Shown here: positions 1-9,745 of the stretch, piece after piece
How the letters are laid out: each line of letters starts with the position of its first letter
Numbering within the stretch: position 1 is the stretch's first letter
Virus record (IMG/VR): IMGVR_UViG_3300040801_002731
Location: 70,972-106,503 of that record
DNA: 35,532 bases
DNA from: a virus
Strand: one strand, 5' to 3'
Position numbers and translations under genes: made by a program
The notes under the pieces: model-generated
Databases searched by the model: none
Seen by the model: the letters and a program-made list of their open reading frames with translations, nothing else
What the model was told of the DNA's origin: nothing

Positions 1-3000
1 CGTGCCGGACACCTCGCGCCCAACGATGCCGCCCAGGTGGTTCTTGCCGACCTTGGCTGTGGCAGTCGTTCCGCCACCACCGGTATCGAACAATCCTCCG
101 AGCGCATCGCCGATCCAGCCACCAATGCTATCAAGAACCCCGGAGCCGGCCTTGGCAATGGCCGCCTGACTCTGGATGCGCAGGATGTCGGCCAGCACGC
201 TCTCGGCGAACTTGCTGAACTCGAACTTGCCGGTCTTGGCAAACTCGACGATGCCGTCGACCAGCCCGTTCAACCAGTCAGCGCCGGCGTCCTCCATCGC
301 CTTTGCGGTGTTCTTCCACTCCCGGAACAGTCGCTTAATGGACCCTTCCATGTCGCGGTCGGCCTTGGCGCGAATGGCGGCGATATACGCCTGCACGTCG
401 GCTTCGACCTCCTTGCGGTCGGCCCCTTCCTTGACCAGAACGTCGACCATCTGGCGCACCCGCTCCTCCTCCAGAGCAAGCTGGGCGCGGATGCGTTCCC
501 GATCGTCTTCGATCAGGTCGAGGTTGATCTGGCGGGCCTGGTCGCGCCAGTCGATCCCCAGCTCAAGCAGGCGCTTGTTGGCGAGGCTCTGGCGCGCCCT
601 GGAATTGGCTTCGAGGGCCTTTGCGTTCAGATCAGCATTGGCAGCCGTGAGTTTCAGGTTGCGGTCAAGCTCGTCGAACTCGGCCGCCAGACCAGCAACG
701 TCGCCCCGCGCCTCACCGAAGGCCAGAATGGCGCGCAGACGAGCCATCTCCAGGCCGGCATCTGCGGCCGCCTGCTCGATGTCCTTCAGCGCGTCCTTGG
801 CGTCCTCGTATCGCTCCAGCTCATCGTTCAGCCGATCCAGTTCGGTCGCCATATTGCGCAGACGCTCGCGCTGCTCCGGCGAGGCGCCCTTGAACTCGGC
901 ATCGTGCTCCAGCAGACGATTGATCTCGGCCACGGCGCCGGTGGCGCCACGCAGCTCGTCCTGCACTTCGGCGATCTGCATCCGCATCCGCTTGAAGCGC
1001 TCCTCGATGGGATTGCTGCCGGCGCCCTTGCTCGCCAGGTTAGCAAGGTCGGCCTCCAGCTTGGCCTTCCGAGCCAACAGCCAGTCGTCAAAGGCAGCTT
1101 CGATCTCGGCCCGCTTGGAGGCGTTCTCGACAGTCATGGCGATACGCATACGCCAGGCCGCCGCTTCCATCTCCAACTGCTTCTCAAGGCGCTCCCGATC
1201 GTCCTTGATCAGCTCGACGTTGATCTGCTGGGTCTCGTCGACCAACTGCTGGGCGATGTTCCCCACCTCGACGTCGGCCGCCACACGCATGATGGCTTCG
1301 ATCTGCTTGCGCAGATTCTCCAGCTCCTCGGGCGTGCCCTTGGCCGTCATCAGGATCTTGGTCAGCTCGTCGCGGAGCTTGATCAGGCCGCCAGGGTCGC
1401 CATCGGACATGCCCGTGGCGACAGCGCGCCAGACAACCTGCGCTTCACGCGAGAGATCCTCGAACTTTTCCGTCAGGCTGGAGACGGTCTTTTCCATCTC
1501 CTTCTGATCTTTCAGGGTCTGCGTGAGGCGATCGACCTCGGCCGCCGCTTCACGCAGAGCCTTCGCCTCGTCCGGCGAAATGAGATTCAGCTCCTCAGCC
1601 GAGGCGATCAGCGCGTTGACCTTGGCAACCTCGGTGGTCTGCCCAGCCAGCTCCTCGCGCAACCTGACGGCCTTCTGGGTGAGCGAAGTCATGCGCTGCT
1701 CGATCTTCTCAAGCAGCTCCTTACCCTCGGCCTGACCCTGGTTCCAGATCACGTTCTCTTGCTGGAAGACCTCGATCATGCGCTGCTGTTCGCGCACGGA
1801 CTGTTCCTGGTCCTCCTTCAGTTGGAGAAACAGCTCGCGTCCGGCCTTGGCCGTCATGGTATCGGCGCTCTCCATCATCGTCCGGGCCTGCTCGATGGCC
1901 CGCGCACGCAGAGCGGTCTCGGCCGCAAAGTGCGCCTTCATGATGGCGATCTGCTGCTCGTTGAGCGCCTTGCGAGCCTCAACGTCGTTCTCGTCGACCT
2001 GCTCGCGGTCCTTCTGAAGCTGTTCGATGGCGAGATTGTAGCTCACCCGGACATTCTTCAGGCCCTCGTTGATGGTCGCGTTGGTGCTACGAATGAGCCG
2101 ATCGGCCGCGCGCTCCAAAAGGGCACGCTCTCCGTCGCTGGCGAGCTTGTCGAGACCCAGCAATTCCTTTTCGAGTTCGGCGATCTGAGCGCGCACCGCA
2201 GCAAGCTGTTCCTTGCCATACTCGCTCCAGTCGTTGCGCTCCCAATATGCTTCGCCCTGATTCCAGAGCGAATTGCCAGTGCGCAGCTCCTCCAGCTCCG
2301 CCTGAATCTCCTCGCGGCGCTTCTTCACTTCCTGAACGGCACGATCCGTGATCAGACCGTTCTCAATGTCCTCGCCGGCCTGCTTGGCCTTGCCGCCCAT
2401 GAGACCGAAAACGTCGGTGAGGGCCATCAGAATGCCAATGGCGATGCCGGCCGGACCCAGCGCGAAGCTGATCGCGCTGCCCACCAGCCGGAGGCCGCCG
2501 GCCAAAACACCCGATGCAACGGCCGCTGTCCTCATGCCCGCCGAAGCCGTCGCCATATCGGTCGTGACGCGCGCCACGCCCATCGAAAACGCCGCGGTGA
2601 CACTTCCCAGCGTCCGCATCGGCGTGACGGCGCCGGCAATGGCGAGACCAATCGCTCGGATCCCATTGATCAGCGTGCGGCCGACAAACACGCCAGCCAA
2701 AACCGCACCCACCTGGAAAATCTCGTGGCGGTAATTCAGGATCGCCGGGATGGCTTCACGCACCTGTTCCGTGATGTATGCCAGACCATTGCCCAGGTCG
2801 GTGACGAACTTCTGCACGATGGGGTCACTGAACAGGGCGTTCAGCTCCTGCATCCCCAGCTTCATTTGTGTGAAGAAATTCTCGATGCCTGCGTTGGTGG
2901 TCAGAAGCTCCTTCATGTTGGTGCGGAACAGCGCCACCTGGCCGTTGAAGGTCTCCATGAGCCGCGCACCATCGCCGCCATAGGTGCGCTTCATCTCATC

Positions 3001-3714
3001 GAACATCTTGGTCAGGGCAGAGGTCGCCTCGACGGAGCCGGTCGAGACCTTCTTGACCAGCTCGGAGACGGTCAAGCCCATCGACCGGGCCATCAAGTTG
3101 ATGGCCGTCGGCACGGCTTCACCGAGCTGTTGGCGCAGTTCTTCCATCGAGACCACGCCTTTACCGGCCATCTGCTGAATGGCGATAGCGGCGCGATGGA
3201 AAACTTCGGACGTGCCGCCGAAGGCCGACACAGAATCGCCCAGGGCGCGCAGAGAGCCGTCCATCGGATCCAGACCGCCGGCCTTGAACTTGACGGCCGC
3301 GTCGGTCAGGGCGTCGAAGGCGATCGGCATCTCCTTCGCCATGCCGCGAATGGAGTCAACAATGTCCTTGCCTTCCATGTCGCGCGCCAGAGCATCGCTC
3401 TGGTCGGAGAAGGTGGACATCATGACGGTCATGCGTTCCATCTCGGCCTTGGCCTGAACGATCTGGCTGATCCAGCCACCCGTCACGCCATAGAGCGTGT
3501 AGAACGCACCGCGAATATGGGAAATCGTGAGAACCAGGTCGCGCATCGCCGTGCCCAGGCCGGTGATGCGCCGCTCGATCCGCTCAACGGAAGCGGCCGT
3601 GCTGTTCACGTTTCGCTGGAAACGATTCACAGCATCGGCGGCATCTTCCATGCGTCCGGTGAACGAGCCGTCGTCCAGGTTCAGTTCGACGGCGATCTTT
3701 GCGACCCTGGTCAA
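1..3714 (-). CDS. Tail tape measure protein (3' end runs off the window)
   Basis: Minus-strand frame missing from the ORF track because it has no stop in the window. Likely TTG start at 3714 behind AAGGA. Reads KIAVELNLDDGSF near the N-terminus and IQQMAGKGVVSMEELRQQLG (tape-measure motif). Follows the tail chaperones. Confidence 0.92.
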   Translation of the reverse strand, partial: MTRVAKIAVELNLDDGSFTGRMEDAADAVNRFQRNVNSTAASVERIERRITGLGTAMRDLVLTISHIRGAFYTLYGVTGGWISQIVQAKAEMERMTVMMSTFSDQSDALARDMEGKDIVDSIRGMAKEMPIAFDALTDAAVKFKAGGLDPMDGSLRALGDSVSAFGGTSEVFHRAAIAIQQMAGKGVVSMEELRQQLGEAVPTAINLMARSMGLTVSELVKKVSTGSVEATSALTKMFDEMKRTYGGDGARLMETFNGQVALFRTNMKELLTTNAGIENFFTQMKLGMQELNALFSDPIVQKFVTDLGNGLAYITEQVREAIPAILNYRHEIFQVGAVLAGVFVGRTLINGIRAIGLAIAGAVTPMRTLGSVTAAFSMGVARVTTDMATASAGMRTAAVASGVLAGGLRLVGSAISFALGPAGIAIGILMALTDVFGLMGGKAKQAGEDIENGLITDRAVQEVKKRREEIQAELEELRTGNSLWNQGEAYWERNDWSEYGKEQLAAVRAQIAELEKELLGLDKLASDGERALLERAADRLIRSTNATINEGLKNVRVSYNLAIEQLQKDREQVDENDVEARKALNEQQIAIMKAHFAAETALRARAIEQARTMMESADTMTAKAGRELFLQLKEDQEQSVREQQRMIEVFQQENVIWNQGQAEGKELLEKIEQRMTSLTQKAVRLREELAGQTTEVAKVNALIASAEELNLISPDEAKALREAAAEVDRLTQTLKDQKEMEKTVSSLTEKFEDLSREAQVVWRAVATGMSDGDPGGLIKLRDELTKILMTAKGTPEELENLRKQIEAIMRVAADVEVGNIAQQLVDETQQINVELIKDDRERLEKQLEMEAAAWRMRIAMTVENASKRAEIEAAFDDWLLARKAKLEADLANLASKGAGSNPIEERFKRMRMQIAEVQDELRGATGAVAEINRLLEHDAEFKGASPEQRERLRNMATELDRLNDELERYEDAKDALKDIEQAAADAGLEMARLRAILAFGEARGDVAGLAAEFDELDRNLKLTAANADLNAKALEANSRARQSLANKRLLELGIDWRDQARQINLDLIEDDRERIRAQLALEEERVRQMVDVLVKEGADRKEVEADVQAYIAAIRAKADRDMEGSIKRLFREWKNTAKAMEDAGADWLNGLVDGIVEFAKTGKFEFSKFAESVLADILRIQSQAAIAKAGSGVLDSIGGWIGDALGGLFDTGGGGTTATAKVGKNHLGGIVGREVSGT

Positions 3715-3726
3715 CTCACGACATCC

Positions 3727-3993
3727 TTACCGCAGTGTTCCCAATGCCTTCAGGTCACTCAGGCCCTCGCTGTCAAAGACCGGCTTCTCGACGAACACGG
3801 TGCCAATCTGACGATGCAAGCCCTCTACGAATTGCTGCACCGCGTCAGAACTGCGAGCCTGCGACATGATCCCGGTCTGGAAGTGCCGCAGTTCTTCTTC
3901 TGCCGCGATCCGGCCGATGTTTCTGAACAAGCCCCAAAATGCCACGAGGGGTGTGTTCAGGACTTCCCAATAACTCAGCCCATAAAAACGCAT
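3727..3993 (-). CDS. Tail assembly chaperone, gpT-like part (probably made as a G-T frameshift fusion)
   Basis: Lies between the G-like ORF and the tape measure gene. Its frame stays open upstream to the GGGAAAG site at 4056-4062. Confidence 0.8.
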   Translation of the reverse strand: MRFYGLSYWEVLNTPLVAFWGLFRNIGRIAAEEELRHFQTGIMSQARSSDAVQQFVEGLHRQIGTVFVEKPVFDSEGLSDLKALGTLR

Positions 3994-4052
3994 GACGCGA
4001 GCGACAAGGAACGAGAAGTCAATCGCCTCAATCTCGTCCCTGTCCTCGCCTG

Positions 4053-4370
4053 TTACTTTCCCGACGCCTTTGCCTCCGCCGGCACTTCAGGCTCCTGATC
4101 GCGCAGAAACTCAAAAATGGCGTTCAGCTTGTCGAAGGTGATGGAGCGCAGTTCTTCCGGCGTCATGGTCGGGAACGCGCCGCAAATGGTTTCGATGATC
4201 ATCTCGACCGCATCGCCGATGTCAGCATCGCCATCCAGCCGGCGGGCCGTCTTCTGCTGCTCGATGAACTGACCCACGGACAGCGGACGCATCTCGTGGC
4301 GCTTGCCGTTCAGGACGATGGTCTTCTCGAAGCGAGTGGGCAGCTCATCCAGGTTCAAGAGCTTGGTCAT
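4053..4370 (-). CDS. Tail assembly chaperone, gpG-like
   Basis: Start re-called to MTKLLNLDEL (ATG at 4370, AAGGA RBS). Ends TCG GGA AAG TAA. Follows the tail tube gene. Confidence 0.82.
   Translation of the reverse strand: MTKLLNLDELPTRFEKTIVLNGKRHEMRPLSVGQFIEQQKTARRLDGDADIGDAVEMIIETICGAFPTMTPEELRSITFDKLNAIFEFLRDQEPEVPAEAKASGK
4056..4062 (-). other. -1 programmed ribosomal frameshift heptamer G-GGA-AAG
   Basis: Same heptamer as the lambda G-T site. The -1 frame reads KVTGEDRDEIEAIDFSFLVARVMRFY into ORF 3727..3993. Confidence 0.85.
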
Positions 4371-4429
4371 GGGCTCACAATTCCTTGGGTGGGGCGAGCG
4401 ATGCCCGGTGCCGTTCTGGTCACCGGACA

Positions 4430-4447
4430 TCAGTCAAACTTGATTGA
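4430..4447. promoter_or_regulatory. 18-bp palindromic operator copy
   Basis: TCAGTCAAACTTGATTGA. Confidence 0.75.
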
Positions 4448-4451
4448 TTGC

Positions 4452-5300
4452 TTACGCCGTCGGGTCGCCAACAACGAACAGCACGCCGGTATCCGGGTTC
4501 GGATAGCCGGAGAACTCGACGTTGAAGATCCGCTCCTCGTCGACCTTGTAGGCGAAGGACGCCTGACCGGCCGTGGAAGCCAGCGGAACCACAAAGTCTT
4601 CGGAACGGTCGGCGTCGGCCTTGGCGATCGGGTGCAGAACCAGCTCGCGGGCGTTCTCCAGCAGGGAAACACCAACGGCGTTGGTCACTTCCGCCTTACG
4701 CTTGGCCTCGACACCGCCGCTCAGCGTGGCGCCGGAGACCGACAGGGTGGAGCCTTCGACGGCCAGCGTGAACGTGTTGCCGAAGGTGCCCGGCAGATCG
4801 TAGATCACCGCGATATGATCCGCGCCGGTCGCGTAGGTCGCCTTGGAAGCGCGGAAGTCGGTGGAGTTATTCAGCGCGGTCACGGCGTTGCTGATCGACG
4901 TGGTGACATCCAGACCCACCTCGATCTCGAACTCGCTGCTGGGCGCGCCAGAGACGAAGGTGAACAGGGCGCCGCCAACATAAATCTTGTCGCCCGGCAC
5001 GACGTTGCCAGAGAAGTTGATCGAGCCGGTCGCGGCAACACCAGAGCCCGAGACCGTCAGGGTCGAGCCGGGCATGATGCGCTGAAGGTTTTCGACGGTG
5101 GTTTCCGCCAGGGGCACCTTCACGCGGCAGGTGCGGCCCATGACGTATTCGTTGATCTCGGTGGTGCCGAACTGATCGACAGTGACCTTGTGGGTTTCGG
5201 AAGCGACCTCAACCTCGACACCGCCCTTGGTGTAACCGAGATCGACGCCACCCCACACGATCCGGCACACGCCGAGCTTCACGTTGCGGGTATCGGACAT
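4452..5300 (-). CDS. Major tail (tube) protein with an internal insertion domain
   Basis: DLGYTKGGVEVEV...TVDQFG...PLAETT and RIFNVEFSGYP segments typical of siphophage tail tube proteins; synteny. Confidence 0.88.
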   Translation of the reverse strand: MSDTRNVKLGVCRIVWGGVDLGYTKGGVEVEVASETHKVTVDQFGTTEINEYVMGRTCRVKVPLAETTVENLQRIMPGSTLTVSGSGVAATGSINFSGNVVPGDKIYVGGALFTFVSGAPSSEFEIEVGLDVTTSISNAVTALNNSTDFRASKATYATGADHIAVIYDLPGTFGNTFTLAVEGSTLSVSGATLSGGVEAKRKAEVTNAVGVSLLENARELVLHPIAKADADRSEDFVVPLASTAGQASFAYKVDEERIFNVEFSGYPNPDTGVLFVVGDPTA

Positions 5301-5339
5301 GGTTTGGGTGCTCCTTGCAAGAAAGCAAATTGACGCACC

Positions 5340-5378
5340 ATGATACCAAGTCGGAAAGAATCAATCAAACTTGATTTA
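5340..5378 (-). promoter_or_regulatory. Tail gene promoter overlapped by operator (5361-5378)
   Basis: TTGATT-N17-TATCAT on the minus strand. The operator TCAATCAAACTTGATTTA covers the -35. Confidence 0.7.
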
Positions 5379-5765
5379 TGTTAGGCGCACCGCGTTCACG
5401 TCGAAACGCACCGAAAATTCCAACCCATCACCGGAAGATCGTGGATAGACGATCGGCTCATGGCGCGGCCGGCAGTGATTGATTTGGTAGGCGCCCAAAA
5501 CCTCGGGACTTTCCACAATGAGCGCCTGCACAGCCCGCTCCGTAAGAGCAAAGCCGGCTTCGTAGCGGCTCGCTCGCACGATCATGGTGATTTCGCCGTC
5601 CGGGCGGTAGCCGGGCAGTTCCGGGTCGATGCTGGCGCCGGCCAACCCCGTGCGCAGCAGAACGCCGGTCTTGACAGTCTCGGGCATGTAGTAGGCGAAC
5701 AGGGTCTTGCCGCGCTCACCAACGCCGGCATCATGCAGGCGGGTAACAAAGGCATCGAGCTGCAT
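5376..5765 (-). CDS. Tail terminator / tail completion protein
   Basis: 129 aa, immediately upstream of the tail tube gene, ends in a FSVRFDV beta strand. Confidence 0.7.
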   Translation of the reverse strand: MQLDAFVTRLHDAGVGERGKTLFAYYMPETVKTGVLLRTGLAGASIDPELPGYRPDGEITMIVRASRYEAGFALTERAVQALIVESPEVLGAYQINHCRPRHEPIVYPRSSGDGLEFSVRFDVNAVRLT

Positions 5766-6229
5766 TACTGGAGCGCCTTTCTCACTTCGGAAACGATGTC
5801 TGCGACCATGTGGGGAGCGCGCTCGTTGAAGGCGCGCTCCAGGAACTTGCCGCCCACGTCCGGCCCTTTGGCCTTGGATGCCGGCCCCTTCTCGAACGCG
5901 CCGGAACCGTAGGGCGCCAGCCCCTCGTGCATCTGCACCGCGTAGACGTCGACATCAACGCCATCAACCACGCCGCCGACGTTGACCAGCACCGCCAGGC
6001 GGCGGTTGTCCTCATAGAACCGTTCGGCCCGGATGGAGCGCTCCAGTTCGCGCCGAGGCGGATCCTGTCGGCTCTGGCCCTTGTAATCGACCGGCGCCAG
6101 GTCTCGCGCCCGACTGGCGATGCGCTCGCCCTCCCGCTTGATCTGCTCACGCGCCCGACGCACGGCCCTGGGGCCGCCCTGGCGCAACAACAACATCAGC
6201 TCGCCGGTGCCCTTGACCTTCATGCCCAT
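5765..6229 (-). CDS. HK97 gp10-like neck/tail completion protein
   Basis: ARDLAPVD...LERSI...YAVQMHEG...KFLERAF pattern; synteny. Confidence 0.75.
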   Translation of the reverse strand: MGMKVKGTGELMLLLRQGGPRAVRRAREQIKREGERIASRARDLAPVDYKGQSRQDPPRRELERSIRAERFYEDNRRLAVLVNVGGVVDGVDVDVYAVQMHEGLAPYGSGAFEKGPASKAKGPDVGGKFLERAFNERAPHMVADIVSEVRKALQ

Positions 6230-6594
6230 CAGGTCGTCTCCTCAGCAGTGACGATGTTGCAGTCGACCTGATAGTGATCGAGCCGACCGATGACGGCGAT
6301 GCGAGGCTGAACATCGACGACCTTGAGGGTCCGACCCTCGGCGACGATCATGTCGCCCAGGGCGATGTCGTAGAGCGGACGAAACAGCAGTCGGGCATCC
6401 GCCGTGATCTCATCGGCATTGCCGCGACTGGCTGAGCTGTCGGTGCGCACGCTGGTCTGATCGACCCCGAAGGTGAGCTTGACGATACCGCACAGCGCGT
6501 CGACCGGCGGCGCATAGCCATCCTCCGGCTCGCCGTAGACATTGAAGCTAGGGATGCGCTTGCGGATCTGGCACGGGCGATTGGGCAGGAACAT
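6229..6594 (-). CDS. Head closure / head-tail joining protein
   Basis: 121 aa, beta-rich (NVYGEP, GDMIVAEGRTLKV); overlaps both neighbours by 1 nt. Confidence 0.65.
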   Translation of the reverse strand: MFLPNRPCQIRKRIPSFNVYGEPEDGYAPPVDALCGIVKLTFGVDQTSVRTDSSASRGNADEITADARLLFRPLYDIALGDMIVAEGRTLKVVDVQPRIAVIGRLDHYQVDCNIVTAEETT

Positions 6595-7361
6595 CAGACC
6601 CCCTCGGGCCGTGCCAGCACGGCCTCACTGTTTGGATGAAACACCTCGTCGCGGACCTCCTCGTAGGTCGGAAGGTCGACGTTTGGTGCCAGGGTGATTT
6701 CGGCGCCTTGCCAGCGCGAACTGGCGTCGGGGTGAACGATGCGCGCCCGGTCGATCCGCTGCTCCGACAGGCTCGCCATGACGACCTGGTTGTAGGTCTC
6801 CAGCAGGGTGCCGCGAACGACGGTGCGCACGAACTTCTGGCTGGGCCACTTCCGATTGCTGCGATCCTTGAAGTAGAACCGAAGCTCGTCGCCGTGGCGC
6901 AGGCGATACTGCATCTGCGCGGCATTACGGCTGATCGCCTGGGCGCGAGCGGCCGCCTCGGACACCAGGGCGGCCGAACGCAGCCGCTGCATCATGTGCG
7001 CGACGTCGCGCTCAATCTGCACTGTGATTTCGACAAGGGCGTAGTGCGAAAACGCGCTCAGAAGCTCACCGGTGCGCGCCGCGTCACTGTCAGCACCCAG
7101 AGCAGCGCTCGCGTCGAGAAGCGCATCCCTGCGCGCTCTCAGCGCGATGGACGCGAAGGCTTCGTCGAGCAAAGCCTCCTCCGTCTTCAGAAAAGACCGG
7201 GCAACGGCATACGCCTGATCCTTCAGGCTTTGAGCGGCGCGCGGCGTGGCAAAATCGCCGCCGGCAAGAGCCTGGGCATAAAGGCCGCGCCAGGTCATCA
7301 CCATCGAAAGATATCGGGCTCCCGCAGCTTCGGCAGCGGCCGTCAGATCATTGCCGATCAT
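6594..7361 (-). CDS. Hypothetical virion morphogenesis protein
   Basis: 255 aa, coupled to neighbours inside the head module, C-terminal FHPN. Confidence 0.6.
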   Translation of the reverse strand: MIGNDLTAAAEAAGARYLSMVMTWRGLYAQALAGGDFATPRAAQSLKDQAYAVARSFLKTEEALLDEAFASIALRARRDALLDASAALGADSDAARTGELLSAFSHYALVEITVQIERDVAHMMQRLRSAALVSEAAARAQAISRNAAQMQYRLRHGDELRFYFKDRSNRKWPSQKFVRTVVRGTLLETYNQVVMASLSEQRIDRARIVHPDASSRWQGAEITLAPNVDLPTYEEVRDEVFHPNSEAVLARPEGV

Positions 7362-8158
7362 GCGCGACCGATCCCCTTGGCGATATGCAGATAGCCGGAC
7401 AGGTAGACCAGAGCCTGCTCGGACACGCCCAAATCCAGAGGCGTGCCGGGCCGGAACATCATCGAGCTTTCGCCGATGGTCTCGGACATGAGACCTGACC
7501 GACGCCGGCCGCCGATGACGTCGCCGTTCATCACCACGTCGGCTTCAGCAATCTGCGCTCGACGCAGAGCGCGCCGGAAATGCTCGGGCAGCTCGCGGAA
7601 CTCCTCCGTGGTCATTTCCGGCCAACGCAGCGGCACGATGAGATCGACGCTCCCGAACCCGCCAATCCGGCTCATGCTCCAGGAAATCGGCTGTTCGACC
7701 CGATAGGTCATCCGGGTGAGACGGTCATAGGCCGCGATCAGCGCCGCAACCCGATCGTCATCATTGCCGACGCTCCAGCCTTCCATGCGAGGCATGGTGC
7801 AGGATTCAAGCAGCGCCTCGTCGAAGGTCTGAAAGCTGTTTTGCGGCACGAACAGGCGCTGCGTTTGCCGAATGACATACCGAACCACGCTGGCGACCCA
7901 ACCGGCCGGCGTTTCCAGCATCATCTCCACAACGCGCATTTCCGGGTCCAGCCCGGACAGGACATTGTGTTCGCCGGCGATCGTCACTTCAGCTTCGGCA
8001 TCACCAGGGGTCACAGCAACAGGCGTTGCTCCGACGATCTCGGCGCCAGTCTGGTCCAGCACCCGCACGGTAGCGGCCGTCGGTGCAACCAGATTGCCGC
8101 TCAGGTCAACAAAGGGCACGGCGACAGTGACGGCAGTCCCTTGCGGGTAGACCTGCAT
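7358..8158 (-). CDS. Putative head-tail adaptor with an N-terminal beta-rich domain
   Basis: NSFQT...AALIAA...SETIGESSMMF; lies downstream of the capsid gene. Confidence 0.6.
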   Translation of the reverse strand: MQVYPQGTAVTVAVPFVDLSGNLVAPTAATVRVLDQTGAEIVGATPVAVTPGDAEAEVTIAGEHNVLSGLDPEMRVVEMMLETPAGWVASVVRYVIRQTQRLFVPQNSFQTFDEALLESCTMPRMEGWSVGNDDDRVAALIAAYDRLTRMTYRVEQPISWSMSRIGGFGSVDLIVPLRWPEMTTEEFRELPEHFRRALRRAQIAEADVVMNGDVIGGRRRSGLMSETIGESSMMFRPGTPLDLGVSEQALVYLSGYLHIAKGIGRA

Positions 8159-8161
8159 GGC

Positions 8162-8689
8162 TTAGTTCTCCTCGCCGACACCCTCAACGATCACGTCGGT
8201 CGGCGCAGGCGCCTGTCGATGCGACCGGTCCAGCCCGCGAGCGTCACAGAACTTGTCCTGCGCCTTGAGAATGCCGCTCATCAGCTCGTCGATGGCGCGG
8301 CCCTTCACGCCCCAGGCGTCACCCACTTCGCGCAGACCACGAATGCCTTTGGCGTCGGCGAGCTGGGCAAGCTCGGCCTCGGTGTAGAGACGCGGCGCCG
8401 GAGCCTTGGTGGCCGACGGCTCCTCACGAACCGGCGGCTCGGGCGGCAACTTCAGTTCGGCGGCGGTCGACAGACGGCCAAGGTTGGGCGCCGTGTCTCG
8501 ATATGCCCCGACGATCCGATCAGCCAGCCCCAGCGGGTTCCCCTGCTCGTCGGTGATGGCGATGTTGGCGGCAAGCCGGTCGATTTCCTGGGGCGGGACA
8601 TCCTCCACGGACAGCCCATCCTTGAACTCGATGACGCCGAAGTGCCCGGTGTATGTCTCGAACCCAGGCGCCGTAAGGCGAACCTTCAT
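8162..8689 (-). CDS. Hypothetical virion-associated protein
   Basis: 175 aa, AAGGAG RBS, directly after the capsid terminator. Confidence 0.65.
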   Translation of the reverse strand: MKVRLTAPGFETYTGHFGVIEFKDGLSVEDVPPQEIDRLAANIAITDEQGNPLGLADRIVGAYRDTAPNLGRLSTAAELKLPPEPPVREEPSATKAPAPRLYTEAELAQLADAKGIRGLREVGDAWGVKGRAIDELMSGILKAQDKFCDARGLDRSHRQAPAPTDVIVEGVGEEN

Positions 8690-8705
8690 GACGCAACTCT
8701 CCTTG

Positions 8706-8738
8706 AACGAACGAAGGGGCGCGGTTGCCCGCGCCCCT
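8706..8738 (-). terminator. Intrinsic terminator after the major capsid gene
   Basis: AGGGGCGCGG-GCAA-CCGCGCCCCT followed by TCGTTCGTT. Confidence 0.7.
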
Positions 8739-8743
8739 GATGG

Positions 8744-8761
8744 TAAATCAATCCTGATTGA
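8744..8761. promoter_or_regulatory. 18-bp palindromic operator copy
   Basis: TAAATCAATCCTGATTGA. Confidence 0.75.
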
Positions 8762-8780
8762 CTCTCAAGCGCAATCAGGA

Positions 8781-9683
8781 TTAGGCGTTGGTGACGCCAC
8801 GCAGGCGGGCAACAGAGTGAGTGGCCTTCAGGGCGGTGCCCACATACCACTTCACGCGCCAGCGAACGGCGTCCTTGTTCTGGATGGTGCCGATATCCTC
8901 GACCACGATCCCGGCGTTCGGGCCGCCGTAGATGCCGTGGAAACCGTCGGTCTCGTTGAACCGGACGGCATAGATCGAGGTCAGATCGGTGCCGGTGCCC
9001 TGGGTTTCATCGGCGGTGATGAAGTCGTTGATGATCACCGGAACGCCGTTGTAACCGGGAACCGGGCGACCGAAGTTCTCGATCATGATCATTTCCGGGG
9101 TGATGCCGCCCGTGGCGCGCATCAGCGCGCGAATGGCGCGCCAGGTGCCCTGACGCATCATCAGCGCATCGGCGCCCAGCTTCACGGCGTCCAGCAGCTC
9201 GTCCAGAGCGGACAGGCTGACAGCACCACCGTCGGTGCCGGCGATCAGGGTCTGTTCGGCCGGAACCAGCTTGCGCAGGCCGTCGAACTCCTTGGCGTTC
9301 ACGCCGCTGTCGCCGTTGATCAGGGTCCGGCGCAGCTTGCGGCCCAGAGCCTTCGCCTTGGCCGCGAGCTGGATGGCGAGCTGCGGGTTGGCGTCGGACA
9401 TCGTGGAAATCATGAACTTGTCCAGATCCACGTCGCCGGCCAGGATGCGCAGCTTGGTCACGACCTCCTCGAAGGTCGCGGCGCCTTCCGGCACGACTTC
9501 GTAGGGGTCCAGGAACTCGCCTTCGCTCAGGGTGCCTTCGCGGTTGTAGGTGTAAGCCTTACCGTCGACACCCATGAAAGGCAGCAGGGCGAACATTTCG
9601 TCGCGGTCGATGATCTCCTCGATCACGCCGCGCTCCATCAGATCTTCCGAGAGCTTTTCAGCTTCGGCCTTGAGCAGAGGCAT
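8781..9683 (-). CDS. Major capsid protein
   Basis: 300 aa after the scaffold gene: ALLPF...YTYNRE...GDVDLDKF...INGD...EFDGLRKL...YNGVPVIINDFI...RVKWYVG...ARLRGVTN. GGAG RBS. Confidence 0.92.
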   Translation of the reverse strand: MPLLKAEAEKLSEDLMERGVIEEIIDRDEMFALLPFMGVDGKAYTYNREGTLSEGEFLDPYEVVPEGAATFEEVVTKLRILAGDVDLDKFMISTMSDANPQLAIQLAAKAKALGRKLRRTLINGDSGVNAKEFDGLRKLVPAEQTLIAGTDGGAVSLSALDELLDAVKLGADALMMRQGTWRAIRALMRATGGITPEMIMIENFGRPVPGYNGVPVIINDFITADETQGTGTDLTSIYAVRFNETDGFHGIYGGPNAGIVVEDIGTIQNKDAVRWRVKWYVGTALKATHSVARLRGVTNA

Positions 9684-9745
9684 TGGTTGTCTCCATCAGA
9701 GCGGTTGAGTCCAGATCCGTCGCCACAGACCGTATAAGTGCTTCC

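Noticed and set aside
37-4098. 1353-aa plus-strand ORF
   Set aside because: Codon-aligned antisense shadow of the tape measure gene; it has no recognisable motifs, while the minus frame does.
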